From Heptranchias perlo (Eukaryota), in assembly GCF_035084215.1 (NCBI RefSeq), contig NC_090352.1, positions 35,650,001 to 35,714,000 of the forward strand: a stretch of 64,000 nt of DNA, in the 5' to 3' direction. The notes beneath the pieces are model-generated. The model was not told the origin of the DNA, ran no database searches, and saw only the letters and a program-made list of their open reading frames with translations. This document shows positions 1-12,800 of the stretch, one piece after another. Within the stretch, counting starts at the first letter, position 1, and each line of letters begins with the position of its first letter. The position numbers and the translations under genes are program-made.

Positions 1-1271
1 AATTATATTGCAGAAAGCTACTGAACCCTTTTTTTCCCCCCAGGACTGCAAGTGCCATGTGGACCTTGACAACAACAGATTTTATTAAAGCAAAAGAACC
101 TGTTATTACTCAAAGTTGTGGCGTTCCAACAATTAGAGTTGGAAGTACACCCAGAACTGTCCTATACCACCTCTCAACGAATACAGATAGTGACCTTTCA
201 ATTCCAGTCAAAGCAAACATGTCACACACATATTCTACTTTAATAGATGTACAAATTAACAAAGAACCTCTGCCTCCATGGTCATGTTAAGCTTAGAAAA
301 TCATAGGAAAAACCTTGAATGCACAGTAAAGATGACTATCCTATCACTATTCAACACAGTGCAACATACTGTAATGTTGTCAATGATTTATTTAGCATAC
401 TTGTCTCGTGCATTTTTCCTTATAGTATTCATACCAATGTGCTACAGGAAAAATGCACTCAAAAGCCAATAGGCTTTAACCTGCTTCTTGCATAATATTC
501 TTAATGCATCACATCATACTGCTATAACCATTTCCACAACCAGTTTTTCACTTAACTATTCCAAGTACTCGGCCCAGATTTTGCAAGACAATATCTAAAA
601 TAGTACTGCTGGTGCTTTTCACATGCCTACTATTACATTTTAGCAAAATACTAGCGACAGCACTTGGTGCTAAACTACCACAGTTAATGTTGAATGGGTG
701 TTTTAACATTATAAAGTTGATTTACATAAATACACAGAACTTCTATTAGTACATTGCCCATGGTGTTGCTAGTGACCATTGACTAATTCAGGTTTTCTAC
801 ACACGCACACAGAGTTGGGAGACTTCAAAAACACTCCACAGTCCCACCCGACAACTGCAACCTCATCATTACAGACAACCGCTTACGTACATTCTAAACA
901 TTTACATAGGGAATTTCAATTTTAAATGTGGACATAAAACTGAGACCAAAAATCATGGCAACAGGAAGTGCACATGTACACCAGATTTTTAACATACAGA
1001 AGATACTGGTGCTCTTTGTTTTGAAAAAAGGCAAGAGTTGGATCACCACGACAATCAGCTCACTTTCGATGACATTCTTCCAGGCCAACCTAGTGTGCAA
1101 GATCTTACCAATAGATATTGGACCAAGTACAGTCTTCAGTCTGTTATTCAGACTATTCTTGCTTTTGGAAAGTAATTACTTTCGACCCTTAGTTTTATTC
1201 ATACCTCCCCATATCCTCATACATCAGTTCTTAAAGATGGAATTTCACATCCTCTGCCAATGGTGATCTGA

Positions 1272-1356
1272 GCTACGTTCAGATGCTTTGACAATACTAT
1301 TGCACTGCTAGCTGTGAAACACAGTAGTGCAATAAAGTCAGAGCGTCTGTCAGCAG
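1272..1356 (-). ncRNA. MIR301: pre-miR-301 hairpin (miR-130 family) in SKA2 intron 1
   Basis: Reverse complement of 1285-1307 is CAGUGCAAUAGUAUUGUCAAAGC (mature miR-301a-3p). Reverse complement of 1323-1344 is GCUCUGACUUUAUUGCACUACU (5p arm). Same strand as SKA2, the known host gene. Confidence 0.97.
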
Positions 1357-2734
1357 CAAGTCCGGAAAAACTTTGTAGAACTTTTCAAATCTCTCTCCCC
1401 TCCCCCCCGAAATGAGTTGTGTGTACTCAATTCCCAAGAATAAAATCCACATGTTCCAATAAGTCCAATGGAATTAACCTGCAACAAAGCAACCATAATC
1501 TTAAAATACCAGCCATTTCCTATGTATATTAGCATCCTCAAAAACTTTGTTCAAACAATTTCTAAAATAGAAATCACATTCAGGAGTGATTTCTTTGGTG
1601 TTTGAAACACAATCAAATTCATTCAGATCTGAACATTCTTTCTAAAGTTATGATAAGTTTGTATTTAGTTTATTAAAAAAATGTGATTGGGGGGTGCAAA
1701 ACAGAGAATTAGAATCTCACTCAACCAGGTTATCACTAACAGCTTAACTTGTTGAGAGGTTTGAAAATAGCTGGTTATCTGATAGTTAAGACTTCTATAA
1801 AGAATCTAATTAAACACTCTAGTCTAAAAAGGGAGGTTTCTGCTGTCAAGTTAAGATGCTACATCATATGACTAGTCTTAAATTATGTACCACATGGCTA
1901 AAACAGAAATTTAAATTTATGAATTAGATTATCCATCAAGTAATTGAGGGCATGTTACCTTCTGTCACCTCCTCCCACGTAACAAATTTCTATCCTTGGC
2001 TTCTCTTCCTCCCGCCTGCGTCCAGAAGGGACAACAAACGAGAGATAAAGACTGGCAACATACTTCCAGGCCTCTGCCAATGGCAATCTCAGCTGGCAGC
2101 TAAATGCACAAGAGGCCTGGTGGAGATTTCCCCACCTCACATCTACTTGGCATGTTATTGCAGAAGCAAAATGTATGCCCGAACACCATCTTTACTCCAT
2201 GGCAGCTTCCACTGGTGTTCCAATATGGGTTCACCCAAACGTAATTCCTTTTATATGCTATAACAGTTGAGTTCTACTTCCTCAAAGTAATAAAAAAAGT
2301 TGGGCCTGCCCTTACTGCCTGCTTACTTAGTTTTGTTCTATTAAACTGTATTTATATGTACTAAATTTTGCAGCATTATATAATTACTCCTTTACATATG
2401 CTACAAGTAAAGCAAAACTGCAAGCTTTCCTCCTTTAGTGACGATGTGATAGAGAACATCCTGCTCCTGGCAGGCAATCCCACATCCAGAAACCAGCTGG
2501 ACAATGTTACACACATATCCAACCCACCAATGAATGGTGCACTTGTTGAAACATCAGCCAAAGAAGGGACTCACACTATTCAAATTAGACAACCTGTCAA
2601 CAGAATATGGTCAGGGGCAGCACTTATGCTTTCATACATTTTGTAAAATTATATCGTTACAAAGCATGATAATTATTGGATAATCTTTGAATCAACCGCT
2701 AGGTTCCTTTAAAACGCACAAAGCCGCTTCCCCC

Positions 2735-2950
2735 AAATGGCTTAGTGAGTTTATGCAGTGCATAGGAACGTTTCCAGGTTTGATATCTAGTCTGTGTGGA
2801 GATAGCTGATCTCAGCTGCGGCCACAGCGAGAAGCTATGGATGGTCCCAGCATCCCCAAGCTAGGAATGGGGAAAATCAGCCAGAATTTCAATTCCTGGC
2901 CACTATTCTGCGACCCAGCATGTAAGGACATTGGGGGAGGAAAGATCAGG
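2735..2950 (+). mobile_element. Degenerate tRNA-headed SINE (AmnSINE2-like family)
   Basis: Shares the GCTGATCTCAGC...GGGGAAAATCAGCCAG core with copies at 4490-4860(-), 51050-51410(+), 59470-59800(+) and 61650-62030(+). Family name is from memory. Confidence 0.5.
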
Positions 2951-4009
2951 CTTCATTATCTTGCCTCCCTGAGGTGAATAGCTTACCATCACAGACGGTC
3001 AAGGTGTACGCACTAACAATGGCTACTTGGGTGCGGAACCAGAGAGCACCTATACAAGCATACCGTACCTCAGCAAGACACAACAGTAGAAAATAAAATG
3101 GGGGTTGGGGCGGAGAGATACAGATACAAGAGTGTAGTACTGTCATTCACGTGGATGCGAAGTGACAGCACAACTCGGAAGTTAGCTCAGTTTTGATTTC
3201 CCTTTCCAACGGATGCAGTATAGCGCCAGTCCAGTGTGAAGTTATATTTTAAGACTGCCCCCTTGGGAACCTCATATTGGTAGAAAAAAAGCTGCCCACT
3301 ACCCAACATTAAAATTATTTGCCAGGGAAGCAAAGCACCCTCACTTCTTTAGTGCCAATCTCAATGCAACCCACTGTAAGGCCCAGCAGTATAACTCAGG
3401 TCTGCCTCACTGAAGGTTGCATTTGACAGATACCAGTCAAGACTATATCAGTACTGTAAGTGCAGACTAAAAAAAGTTACTAAAGAAAACCTTTGGGGTA
3501 AACTTGCTTAATATCTGTAGAATCACTTTGCACCACTGCTAAAGTTTGTAATGTAAACCCAGGGTGTCTCACTCTGGTCTGGTCAGGCCCAAACTCTGGA
3601 TTTATAGCACAAAACTTCAGCATGGTTGTGAAATCACTTTGCACAAATGCTGCTATTGTAGTGTAAAGGCTCCGTTTAGATTCCTTATTAAAACTGTTAT
3701 GTTCCAAAATGCATACTTTCAAATCATGTCAAATTTCTATTAATTTTCCTGATGGAGCAATGGATTGATTTTCTGACTGATTTAAATATTTGTTCTAATG
3801 GATGATTCCAAAGAAATTAATTCTGATATTGAAATTTCGTAAATGTAGATTCATGATTTTGAATTTACAGCACCAGATTTTCTATATCTTTCCCCAAACC
3901 GCCTCACAAAGAGCCAGTTGCCAATATTCATCAGCCCCAACTTACCCACTTAGTCCTTTTTGGAGGGAAAAAAACCAAAAGAACTGCAGACCCTACCTGC
4001 AACATTGAT

Positions 4010-4100
4010 CTGGTCGCCGGCCAATGCCCTTTTAATATTGCACTGCTTTTTTTCTGTTATCACTAGTAGTACAACATAAAAGGGGCACTGGACGATCGGA
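4010..4100 (-). ncRNA. MIR130C: pre-miR-130c hairpin in SKA2 intron 1
   Basis: Reverse complement of 4024-4045 is CAGUGCAAUAUUAAAAGGGCAU (miR-130c-3p). Reverse complement of 4065-4086 is GCCCCUUUUAUGUUGUACUACU, a 5p arm that pairs with it. Confidence 0.95.
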
Positions 4101-4489
4101 CAAAGGGCATAGAGTTCGATGATGGAAATTCTCTCAGTCATCACAAACATCAAAGCTGGAAAATCAATGAAGTTTAATTTGGTACAACCTTCAATTATCC
4201 AGGAGTGGAAAAAATAAGGCAAAACCTTAATGCTATATTCCTGTGTCCGTCAGCCACTGCAGAACACAATAGAACGATACAGCATAGGAGGCAATTTGTG
4301 TTTTTTTAAAAACACACACACTTGGTCAATAAGATTTTAGAAAACAGTGAATCAAAAAACTGACTAGAGCCTAACCTAGGAATACCAGAAGAGAAACTAG
4401 AGACACATTAAGATCACTACACACCAAAAATACTGTTATAGACTAAATATGTTTAGTAACTTTAATACACAGTTTTAAAAACATTTTTT

Positions 4490-4865
4490 CTTCCCTTCTC
4501 AAGGCATCAACGTCGTACAGGTTTATGGTTTCATAGACAATGGGCACCTCGGGTGTCTGACCCAAGCTGCCTAATATTCACGTGAGCCTCAGCGGCAAGT
4601 GTCAGCAGGTTACATGACCATAAGGAGGCCAATCCCACCCTCATCCGACACCCACATTCCCAGCAGGGGTCACCGGAGAAGGAACACTGGCTGCTCTTCC
4701 CCTCCCTGGCCTAGAGTTCCTGAACCTAACTGCAGCACCCTCTACTGCTGCCCCAGCTGAAATCAGCTAACTAAGCACAGACCAGGGATCGAACAGACCA
4801 GGAAAATCCCATGTATGTCTCAGCTGTTCACTCGATAGACTTGCTGAGTCATCAGTGGAGCCTAC
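4490..4865 (-). mobile_element. Degenerate SINE (AmnSINE2-like family)
   Basis: Reverse complement of the same core (ATCAGCTAACT...GCACAGACCAGGGATCGAAC). Confidence 0.5.
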
Positions 4866-5504
4866 GATTAAATAAAGACAAACATTTGGACACCTGGACA
4901 AATAGAGATATACGACTGTGATTTAGTTATAAACAAGAGGGACACAAGCATTTGTACATTAAGAATTTTTGGAGATCATACATTTGCAATCAATTAATGC
5001 ATTTTTGAAGGAAACATATGTTCAACCCTCTCTTATGTAAACTACAACATCTGGGAGGAAGGAGGGAAAAACAAAGTGAGTACGGCACACCCGTATATAG
5101 ATGGATAGTGGGGCCTCTTTACTCCAGAAAGGTGTTCTGTAGATTCATACTTTTAATCTGTTTATTGATAAGTGTTCCACTCAGAACATTGCCTCTGAAA
5201 GTCAGGTGTGTTCTTGAGTACCAGTTAAGGAAGTTTAAACAAACATCCTTTATGCATGGAGCATGTGATGGCATATGTTTCAACATTGGCAGCAAGGTTT
5301 AATCAGTGACATAACCCAGTGATCGGACACTGATGATCTATCATATGCTCACGTCACAATTCCTAATGAAAGAAATATCAATAACTTGTTAAATTGCAGC
5401 ACTGTCTATTTACTGTCTTCAGAATTCTGAAGAACAGCTAAAGGTTACTGAAGTATATCGCAAAGCTTTAATTTTCAATCAGACATGAAATTTCTCAGCC
5501 TTTC

Positions 5505-7085
5505 ATAGAATCATAGAAAGTTACGGCACAGGAGGCCATTCGGCCCATCATGTCCGTGCCTGCCGAGAAAGTGCTAGCCAGCTTAATCCCACTTTCCAGC
5601 ACTTGGTCCGTAGCCCTGTAAGTTACAGCACTTCACGTGCACATCCAAGTACTTTTTAAAATAAGCTTAGGGTTTCTGCCTCAACCACCCTTTCAGGCAG
5701 GGAGTTCACCCTCTGGGTGAAAAAATTTTTCCTCAGCTCCTGTCTAATCCTTCTACCAATTACTATGCCCCATCTGCTAAGGGAAATAGGTCCTGTCATA
5801 ATTTTATATACCTCAATTAAATCTCCCCTCAGCCTCCTCTGTTCCAAAGAAAACAACCCAATCTTTTCTCATAGCTAAAATTCTCCAGCCCTGACAACAT
5901 CCTTGTAAATCTTCTCTGTACCCTCTCTAGTGCAATCACATCTTTCCTGTAATGTGGTGACCAGAACTGTATGCAGTACTGAAGCTGTGGCCGAACCAAT
6001 GTTTTATACAGTTCTAGCATAACCTCCCTGCTCTTATATTCTATGCCTCGGCTAATAAAGGAAAGTATCCCATATGCCTTCTTAACCATCTTATCTACCT
6101 GTCCTGCTACCTTCAGGGATCTGTGGACATGCACTCCAAGGTCTCTTTATTCCTCTACACCTCAGTATCCTCCCATTTATTGTGCATTCCCTTGTCTTGT
6201 TTTCCCTCCCCAAACACATTACCTCACATTACTCTGGACTGAATTCCATTTACCACTTTTCTGCCCATCTGACCAGTCCATTGATATCTTCCTGCAGTCT
6301 ACAACTTTCCTCCTCGGTAACTAACGACACAGTCAATTTTTGTATCATCTGCAAACTTCTTGATCAAGCCCAAATCATTAATATATAATCACAAAAAGCA
6401 AGGGATCTAGTACTGAGTCTTGCGGGACCCCACTGGAAATAGGCTGCAAATCACAAATACACCTGTCAACCATTACCCTTTGCTTCCTACCGCTGAGCCA
6501 GTTTTGGATCCAACTAGCCACTTTCCCTTGGATCCCATGGGCTTTTACTTTTTTGACTAGTCTGCCATGTGGGACCTTGTCAAAAGCCTTACTAAAATCC
6601 ACATACACTACATCAAACGCGTTACTCTCATCGACCCTCCTTTCTAAAATGGAACTTTATGCTGTCCCTCAGAAATCAATTCCAATAATTTGCCCACCAC
6701 CAAAGTTGGACTGACTGGCCTATAATTACTTGGTCTATCTCTTTCTCCCTTTTTAAACAATGGTTCAACGTTAGCAGTCCTCCAATCTTCCGGCACCATG
6801 CCTGTATCCAGGGAGGATTGGAAAATGATGGTCAGAGCCTCCGTTATTTCCTCCCTTGCTTCTCTTAACAGCCTGGAATACATTTCATCTGGGCCTGACG
6901 ATTTATCTACTTTCAAAGATGCTAAACCCCTTAATATTTCCCCTCTCACTAGGTTTATCCCATCCAATATTTCACACTCCTCCTCCTCCTCAACTATAAC
7001 CTCCGCATCAACCCCCCTCTTTTGTGAAGACACATGCAAAGTATTCATTAAGAACCATACCCACATCTTTCACCTCCACACATCA
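5505..7085 (-). mobile_element. CR1-like LINE, 5'-truncated, frameshifted RT region and 3' end
   Basis: Minus-strand ORF pieces KSSGPDEMY, NYRPVS, YVDFSKAFDKVPH, GVPQDSVL, LYKTLVRPQL and [13 protein letters not shown]. Tail is the (TTCTATGA)n type. Confidence 0.92.
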
Positions 7086-7304
7086 ACCCAAAAGTCAATG
7101 CTATGAAAAGAACAAAATTCCCAACATTAGGTCCAGTGTACAATTTTCTCCCAGAACAGTACCAATTTATTGTTGGCTTTTCAGTACCACATAAACTGGC
7201 AAAAGCAATCAAAAACCCAAGGAAAAAAACAGTTGTGTGAACTCAAAACAGATTTAACAAGATAAACAGGAAAAGGTTGCCCCGCTTTGAAATGAATGAC
7301 ACAA

Positions 7305-7800
7305 TGTACAGCACAGAAACAAGCTATTCGGCCCAACAGGTCTATGCTCTAAATGTGCCTCCTCCCTCCCTACTTCATCTAACCCTATCAGCATATCCTT
7401 CTAGTCCTTTCTCCCTCATGTTTATCTAGCTTCCCTTTAAATGCATCTATGCTAGTCGCCTCAACAACCCTTATGATAGCAAGTTCCACATTCTAACCAC
7501 GCTGGGTAAAGGAGTTTCTCCTGAATTCCCTATTGGATTTATTAGTGACTAGCTTATATTTATGGCTCCTAGTTCGCCTCCACAAGTGGAAACATCTTCT
7601 CTACGTCTACCCTATCAAACCCTTTCATAACCTTAAAGGCCTCTATCAGGTCACCCCTCAGTCTTCTCTTTTCTAGAGAAAAGTGCCTGCTCAGTCTTTC
7701 CTGATAGGTATAACCTCTCAGTTCTGGCATCATCCTAGTAAATCTTTTTTGCAGCTTCTCCAGTGCCGCTATATCCTTTTTATAATATGGAGACCAGAGT
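7305..7800 (-). mobile_element. CR1-like LINE 3' fragment
   Basis: WSPYYKKDIAALEKLQKRFTRM...RRLRGDLIE peptide on the minus strand. Confidence 0.85.
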
Positions 7801-10400
7801 CTTGAGCTGCTGCAACAAGAATTAAGAGTATTAGTTTCCCACCCTGATCTGCATGGTTTCTTTTTTTTTTCTTTCAAACAAACAGTAATCTCACCTCAAG
7901 TAACTACAGTTGAATTATGAATCATCAACTACTCATTCATGCTGTGCACCAACACCTAGGGCTCTCCCCACACATAAATCAAGCAGTGGGCTTTACCTAT
8001 TTAGACAATGAATACCACTGAGCATTCCCATTTGAAACTGGAGTGTTAGAGGGCATTTTAAAAACACTGGATCTTCTCTTGGGTCCCAACATCTATAAAC
8101 TGTAGTAATGGGTGTGCATTTTCAAACAAGATTTTCTCAAATATAAATCAGGACTGTCACTGTAACAACAATGAACTATTTTTACAGCCATTTCTCACTG
8201 CAGTTTCCATTTATTTAATTCATTAAAATACTAAGAAAAGAAGGCAGATTTTTACAATGTAATGTCATAATAGCCAGAGATTACTTGTAACATTTTGTCA
8301 CTGAATGGTTAAAATAAAAAAAGTGTAATTCAGTCACAGGCAGACAAATTAAATTTGAACTTTGCTCTTCATCCAATACTTTTTCCCCCACTGAAACTCA
8401 TGCTCAAAAGAGAAAGAAACCTTCAAAAATGCGACATTTGAATACTGAAAATCCCAATTTCCAGCAAAGTTTGATGAAAGCCACTTACAGCGTTTCTGAG
8501 GCGGCATTTCAGTCTTTTACAAATGCATTTTCAAAAGGGTACCGTTCTGCTGACAGCAGGTGATTTAGGTTTGTGTTGGTGTTACTTCAAGCGATACACA
8601 AGAGTTTGTAGATAAATTCACCATCTAACAAAAATAAGGCAAGAGGTGGAGATCAGGAGGTTAAAAAAAAACACTTCCCAGTCATCCAGAAAGGGAGGAG
8701 AATTCAAAAACAAACACACACATCCTTACACATACATGCAGCATTCCTTCCACACCCCAAGCATATAACCCCAGCTGGACATTGTTAACCCAAAATGCAC
8801 CATGCACTTATTTACAGCCATTTTCAACCTAGAAATTAGAGTACTGTAGTAAGTTACATTCATTTTTGGAACACTTCATTAAGAACCACCACCATGCAAG
8901 AACTTCAAAGGGTAGCAAAATACCTCCGAAAACATACCTAAATTAAGAACATTTTTCTAGCAGCATTCTAGTGCTATTTACTATCGAACACCGTTTCTCA
9001 AGTAGTGTTTGTATTAAATCTAGTCTTTTTTCACTTTCACACTTTGGTTTCAAGAGTACTAATAAAACTACAGACCTCATAACTTCATTCGCAATTGCCA
9101 AATAAGCCTCAAAAATCCCAGTTTTAACTCTACCCTAGACTGCTGTTGAACAGGGTATATGAAATGTACCACTCTCATATGCAGAAGTAATTTGGTCACA
9201 AATGAAAATGTTTTCGACATGCATCATGATCATACATTGTCTGTGTGCCTGGATAGAACATTTTGAGTAGCTCAAGCAAGAAAAACGAATGTTAGTAGTG
9301 TCTAAAATGGTTTATGAACGCTTGAGCGTCTGCCTTGCATAGCAGGAACATCCCCTCCCCCCAAACTCTTGCTGAAGGTATTTTCTTTTGTTAAGTTGAA
9401 GAGCGCATTAAGCCAAGAGGATATTTAATTTGTCCAAAACTGATGGCTCCATTCTGAAGCTCAAATGCTTCATTTCTAAAATAACCGTGCTAAATTGCAT
9501 TTTAAAAATGAAGTGTTTAAGCATTGGTGCAATTCGGAGGAAATGGTGCAATTAAATAGAAGAGCTTCTTAAGCTGCAAACAAGCGGTTAAAACATGCAA
9601 CCACTACAATATCCCATCGGGGGCGCGCACACAAGCTTCTTTTACTATTCCCCTATTGGGAGGGGTAAAGAAAATTGGCGTCGACAACAATCTGATGAGA
9701 TATACAGTAGTTCATTTGTCTTCTTAATAAGTTTTGTTTCTTGTACATAACATATCAACTTGGCGTTTTCAAAAAACATAAAATGTCGCCAAATATTCAT
9801 TTTAACAGGGCGGACACCCCTGGATCGTTTTTACGCGCGCAACCAGCAGCTGGCTGTCAACCGCGGACTGGCGGTAAATGCGCGCGCGTACTCGCGGCTC
9901 CGTGAGCGCGCACGGCAGCCTATTCTGTCAATCGGCCCGCTCGAGCGGCTGCTGTTACTCTTACTACAGGACGCGCGAGGAGAGAGAGAGAAAAAAGGGG
10001 GAGGGGGCGCAGAAGACAAATGAAAATAGGCGCGACAATACCGGGGACACCTCGATCTTCCACACGTTTATCACAGAATCGCAACTATTTTACAATTCCA
10101 GCCTAAAATTTGAGATTCTGAGGCGATTCCGTTTCGAAAAAGAGTCAAATTTGCCGTTATCCCCTGCAGAAAATCCGACTCCCGCCATTTTCGCACCCAA
10201 TTACCCGGATGCAAATCAGGACGGGGCTTTCAAACAAATTAAAGTTTTAACCGAAAAAAAACCAATCGCGCGCGCGCAGATTTTTAAAACTTTTTTTCCG
10301 CGACCGCGAGGTTTTACTCTACCTAATGCAATAGGTTTCTTTTGATTGAAACCGGTTTCCAACATTAAATAATTTTTTACAATATAAAAAACCCTCTTAC

Positions 10401-10433
10401 CATCGCTGCCAGCTTGTTGACCGCGGTCTCCAT
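10401..10433 (-). CDS. SKA2: Spindle and kinetochore-associated protein 2, coding exon 1 (METAVNKLAAM); the rest of the gene lies left of the window
   Basis: 11 codons followed by a GTAAGA donor. Resembles human exon 1 (MEAEVDKLELM). Head-to-head with PRR11, and its intron carries miR-301. Confidence 0.9.
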
Positions 10434-10439
10434 ATTGAA

Positions 10440-10880
10440 TAGTTTACATTCCGAAGGCGAACCGATAAAGGCCCCCTTAAGTGAGATGGATCGGAGCTTC
10501 CGATTCGGCAGTTGCTGCATGAGATCGGTATTCCGATTGGACAGGATGGAAGATCTCCTCCTGATTGGATTGCCGTTCCTCTTCTGTGGGGTGAAACAGA
10601 CCTTCCGATAGGAGGATAGCAACAGGCATAACGCCCTGTGATTGGACAATCGTTGTACGCACGACGTCCTATTAGGCAAGAAAGAGGTGAGAGGCCGCAC
10701 GGATTGGCTGGAAGAGCAGCGGGCTCACGACGCTTACTGCTGAGCTGTTGGTTGAGTCAGCTCGACTTAAGGTTGAGACACCCAGCGCGGTTGGTCGAGA
10801 GTTGTGCCCAAACGCGGCTCATGAAAGGCATTTTCCTATTGGGCAGTTGGCGCGAGCTTTTTAATTTAAAATTTTCGCCG
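10440..10880. promoter_or_regulatory. Bidirectional SKA2/PRR11 promoter with NF-Y CCAAT boxes and E2F/CDE- and CHR-like motifs
   Basis: ATTGG at 10536, 10564, 10641, 10703 and 10838. TTGGCGCG at 10847-10854 and TTTAAA at 10865-10870. Lies between two divergent first exons. Confidence 0.8.
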
Positions 10881-10920
10881 CCGTTACTTGTGTCACGTTG
10901 GTGAATTTAGTTCAGTTGAG
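10870..10920 (+). other. PRR11: PRR11 non-coding exon 1 (start approximate)
   Basis: Consensus donor GAG|GTGAGT at 10920/10921 just after the promoter. The ATG lies 2 nt inside the next exon. Confidence 0.65.
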
Positions 10921-11302
10921 GTGAGTATTGGTGGAAGACTCTGGATTGTCTTTTTTTTGTGTGTGGTATTTAAAGATATCTTTAACTTGCTTTAAAAGAA
11001 AATATGTCAGCATTAATAAATGATTCTGAAGTGAGTGTGGACACCGCACTGGAACTGTAGGTTGCTAACAATCTAAGTCCGTGTCACTCTGCTCCCTTCC
11101 TTGTATACTAATAAACTCTGCTCACTTTCTTATCCTTCTACAAATAAACACAAGAACACGGTTTGCCGTACGAGTGGTATTTATTTATTGCTTCTATATA
11201 TGCATCATTGCCTTGTGAAGTGTTCAAATCCCTCCATGGCCTCGCCCCTCCCTAACTCTGTAACCTTTACAACCCTCCGAGATCTCTGTGCTCCTCTAAT
11301 TC

Positions 11303-11390
11303 TGTAAGGAATCTTACAACACCAGGTTATAGTCCAACTGTTTTATTTAAAAATCACAAGCTTTCGGAGGCTTTCTCCTTCGTTAGGTGA
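11303..11390 (-). mobile_element. Penelope pseudo-LTR remnant with a degenerate hammerhead (core CTAACGA)
   Basis: Diverged homologue of 15726-15817 and 54206-54297. Confidence 0.8.
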
Positions 11391-11494
11391 GCTATGTATG
11401 ATGTTTATTACATTAAAGGACAAGGACACACACAGGCTACTTGCCAGACCCATTAATCTATTTCTATCCTTGGACTAAAGTGTGCTGGAGGAAG

Positions 11495-12010
11495 AATACT
11501 TGGAATACTGTGCACAGTTCTAATCTCCATATTATAGAGGGCTTTGGAGAGGGTGCAAAAAAGATTCACAAGGATGATAGCAGAACTTAGAGGATATCCT
11601 TATCAGGAAAGGCTGAGCAGGCTGGAGCTTTTTTATCTAGAAAAGAGAAGGCTGAGGGGTGACCTGATGGAGGTCTTTAAGATAATAATAGGATAGATGT
11701 AGAGAAAATGTTTCCACTTGTGGGGTGTCCAAAACTATAAAATAGTTGCTAATAAATCCAATAGGGAATTCAGGAGAAACTTCTTTACCCAAAGAGTGGT
11801 AAGAGTGTGGAATGTACTACCACAAGTAGTTGAGGCAATTGGCATTGATGTATTTAAGGCGAAGCTAGATAAGCATATGAGGGAGAAAGGGATAGAAGGG
11901 TAACCTGATTGGGTTAGATGAAGTAGGGAGGGGGGAGGCTCGTGTGGAGCATAAACGGCGGCATAGATCAGCTAGGCTGAATGGCCTGCTTCTGTGCTGT
12001 AATTTTGATG
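11495..12010 (+). mobile_element. CR1-like LINE 3' fragment
   Basis: RRNFFTQRVVRVWN peptide and the typical 3' UTR (GAATGGCCTGCTTCTGTGCTGT). Confidence 0.85.
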
Positions 12011-12039
12011 TAATACTGTTGTGTTCAACCCTTTTTTAG

Positions 12040-12258
12040 AAGAAAAAGACTTATATTTACATAGCACCTTTCACGTCCTCAGGATATCCCAAAGTGCTTT
12101 ACAACCAATTAACTACTTTTTGAAGTGTAGTTACTATTGTGATGTAGAAAAACGTGGCAGCCAATTTGCGAACAGCAAGGTCCCACAAACAACAATGTGA
12201 TAATGACCAGGTAATCTGTTTTTAGGTGTTTGTTGAGGAATAAATATTAGCCAGGACA
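12040..12258 (-). mobile_element. DeuSINE/SacSINE1-like 3' part
   Basis: Matches the 3' portions of copies at 13250-13600 and 23405-23815. Confidence 0.65.
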
Positions 12259-12651
12259 TCATTTAGAATCCTGTAACATGTTAATTTGGTTAGAGAGTAC
12301 CAAATCTAACTGACTTGACAGGCTACGAGGCAATGCACAGGAGCAGCCTATTTCAGAACAACATTGGCAAGAGTCATAGGTGGTGTGAAGCGACACAAAA
12401 AAGAGGTATGATAAAAGGCATTTCAATCCCAAAATGGATCGGTGCACTGCTGTGACAGAATTGTAAGTCCTGCTGGAATAATGTGGTGATTGGAAAGCTG
12501 AAAACAAAGTTGAAAATTCCAGCTCTACATTATCGATCAACTGGCACCGATTGGTTAAGTGTTTTGAAACAATAACTTCCAGTTTTGAGGTGTTTGATTT
12601 TGTATTCAGTCTAAATGCAATGCCTGATATTCTATAACTTCTTCTACAGCT

Positions 12652-12800
12652 ATGCCCAGGCTCAATCAGCGCCACAGGAAGTGGAAGATCATGAGAAGAC
12701 GGCAAGCAATAGAAAAGGCCCAGAACGATAAGCGACGTCTGCTAGCAAAAAATAAACAGAATGTCTGTAAGACAAAGCCAACTACTCCCGAAACACCAGG
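12652..12800 (+). CDS. PRR11: Proline-rich protein 11, coding exon 1 (MPRLNQRHRKWK...TPETPG)
   Basis: Acceptor TTCTACAG at 12649, ATG at 12652, donor GTAAGC at 12801. Basic N-terminus resembles human MPKFKQRRRKLK. Confidence 0.88.

Larger units (their letters stand above)
9610..10920. promoter_or_regulatory. CpG island over the SKA2 5' end and the shared promoter
   Basis: Dense CG/GCGC runs against CpG-depleted flanks. Confidence 0.75.

Noticed and set aside
605-660. Faint resemblance to miR-130a-5p (GCTTTTCACATG)
   Set aside because: Wrong strand, no CAGUGCAA 3p arm and poor pairing.
9760-10345. Overlapping ORFs in the CpG island
   Set aside because: Low-complexity GC-rich frames with no recognisable protein motifs.
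10377-10700. 107-aa minus-strand ORF
   Set aside because: Only the METAVNKLAAM part is SKA2 exon 1; the rest is promoter and intron read-through.
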